Shown one piece after another: positions 31,299 to 32,000 of a stretch of DNA of 32,000 nucleotides; within the stretch, counting starts at the first letter, position 1, and every line of letters starts with the position of its first letter. The notes beneath the pieces are model-generated. The model was not told the origin of the DNA and searched no databases. It was given only the letters and a program-made list of their open reading frames with translations. This stretch comes from Nitrosomonas europaea (GTDB lineage: Bacteria > Pseudomonadota > Gammaproteobacteria > Burkholderiales > Nitrosomonadaceae). The stretch is taken from positions 8,492-40,491 of the forward strand of contig NZ_FUWK01000027.1 of NCBI RefSeq assembly GCF_900167395.1. Direction: 5' to 3'. A program made the translations under genes and the position numbers.

Positions 31299-31669
31299 AT
31301 GTTTAAGTTCCTGCGCAAGCTTCTCGGTCGTTCGGGTAGGTTTCCGGCCGAGACTGATCCAGGATTGGATCCGGAGATGTTCATTTACGTGATGATCCCT
31401 GGCGATATTCAACCTCTCATGAGGGGTGAACAGTTCGAGGACCCATTGACTGAGGTGTTGGAGGTAGTTGGCGTCGGTAATCTCTGGTGGGGGCTCTCAG
31501 CTTGGCAAGCCATATCCTGACGGTTGTCCTCGCGTAGAGTTCTGCGGGATCGACATTGACGTTACAGATCGTGACCGAGCATTAGGTGTTATCCGGCAGA
31601 AGCTCGTTGAGCTGAATACTCCGATCGGTACGGAGGTTCACTACACCGTGGGTAACTCAATGCTGCTAG
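31299..31669 (+). pseudogene. First integron cassette ORF, unknown function, frameshifted and 3'-truncated by IS insertion
   Basis: ATG 31299 gives MFKFLRKLLGRSGRFPAETDPGLDPEMFIYVMIPGDIQPLMRGEQFEDPLTEVLEVVGVG. The sense continues in the +1 frame from about 31480 (ISGGGSQLGKPYPDGCPRVEFCGIDIDVTDRDRALGVIRQKLVELNTPIGTEVHYTVGNSMLL). The IS3 end begins at about 31670. Confidence 0.6.
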
Positions 31670-32000
31670 TGAACCGTCCCGACAATCGAGGAGGCTATTT
31701 GGTTAAAGTAAAATATCCATCAATGTCTTATTATCCTGGGTTTGTCGGTAGTTTTCTTCAGCCTGAGCTGGAGGAATATACCCGATAGATCCAAGCAGGC
31801 GTTGATGGTTATACCAGGCAACCCATTCCAAAGTTGCCAGCTCCACAGCAGCCCTGGTTTTCCAGGGAGCTCTCCTGTGTATCAGTTCAGCCTTGTACAG
31901 GCCATTGATCGTTTCAGCCAGCGCATTATCGTAACTGTCACCGCGACTGCCGACAGACGGTTCAATACCGGCTTGTGCCAGACGTTCGGTATAACGGATC
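31670..32000 (-). mobile_element. IS3-family insertion sequence, terminal part (continues beyond the window)
   Basis: The transposase C-terminus lies on the minus strand, with its stop at 31703-31705. A putative terminal repeat starts TGAACCGTCCCGACAATCGAGG at 31670, the TG end typical of IS3-family elements. The exact boundary is inferred. Confidence 0.7.
31703..32000 (-). CDS. IS3-family transposase OrfB, C-terminal part
   Basis: Hand translation of the minus strand gives IRYTERLAQAGIEPSVGSRGDSYDNALAETINGLYKAELIHRRAPWKTRAAVELATLEWVAWYNHQRLLGSIGYIPPAQAEENYRQ... This is the rve/DDE region, with the conserved D-N-A-x-A-E block. Confidence 0.88.
   Translation of the reverse strand, partial: IRYTERLAQAGIEPSVGSRGDSYDNALAETINGLYKAELIHRRAPWKTRAAVELATLEWVAWYNHQRLLGSIGYIPPAQAEENYRQTQDNKTLMDILL

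Noticed and set aside
31670-31788. C-terminal 39 codons of ORF 31468..31788
   Set aside because: This is read-through into the terminal part of the IS3 element, antisense to the transposase stop region. It is not part of the original protein.

Overview
This window looks like a betaproteobacterial chromosome segment. Gene order and a bacterial Rh50-type channel strongly suggest a Nitrosomonas europaea-like ammonia oxidiser, but that rests on recognition, not a search. Bases 1-6406 carry the distal spc operon and the alpha operon (rplF' to rplQ, with secY, infA and rpmJ), all on the + strand. This block is much more AT-rich than everything after it. A tRNA-Thr(CGU) at 6600-6675 sits at the composition seam. 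From 6.7 to 27 kb the content is housekeeping: rnfH-ratA divergent from smpB, ctaA, an RDD protein, SRP RNA upstream of dnaX-ybaB, rluB, prmB, tadA, a small YkuD protein, malic enzyme, serB, an HDOD-GGDEF cyclase, pepA-holC-(acidic ORF)-valS, hemE, a VOC protein and a Tag-like protein. The last 5 kb is the accessory part: an Rh50 gene, an IS5-type transposase remnant, murI, and a decayed chromosomal integron platform. That platform has an intI with no usable in-frame start, a candidate attI core GTTAGAT, and one cassette ORF that is frameshifted and then cut by an IS3-family element running off the window. I found no CRISPR array, no rRNA and no recognisable defence or secretion locus. The points most worth a second look are the composition break, the decayed integron, a two-copy hairpin repeat family, a 36-bp tandem repeat in a divergent promoter, and duplicated 3'-end segments of the SRP RNA gene.
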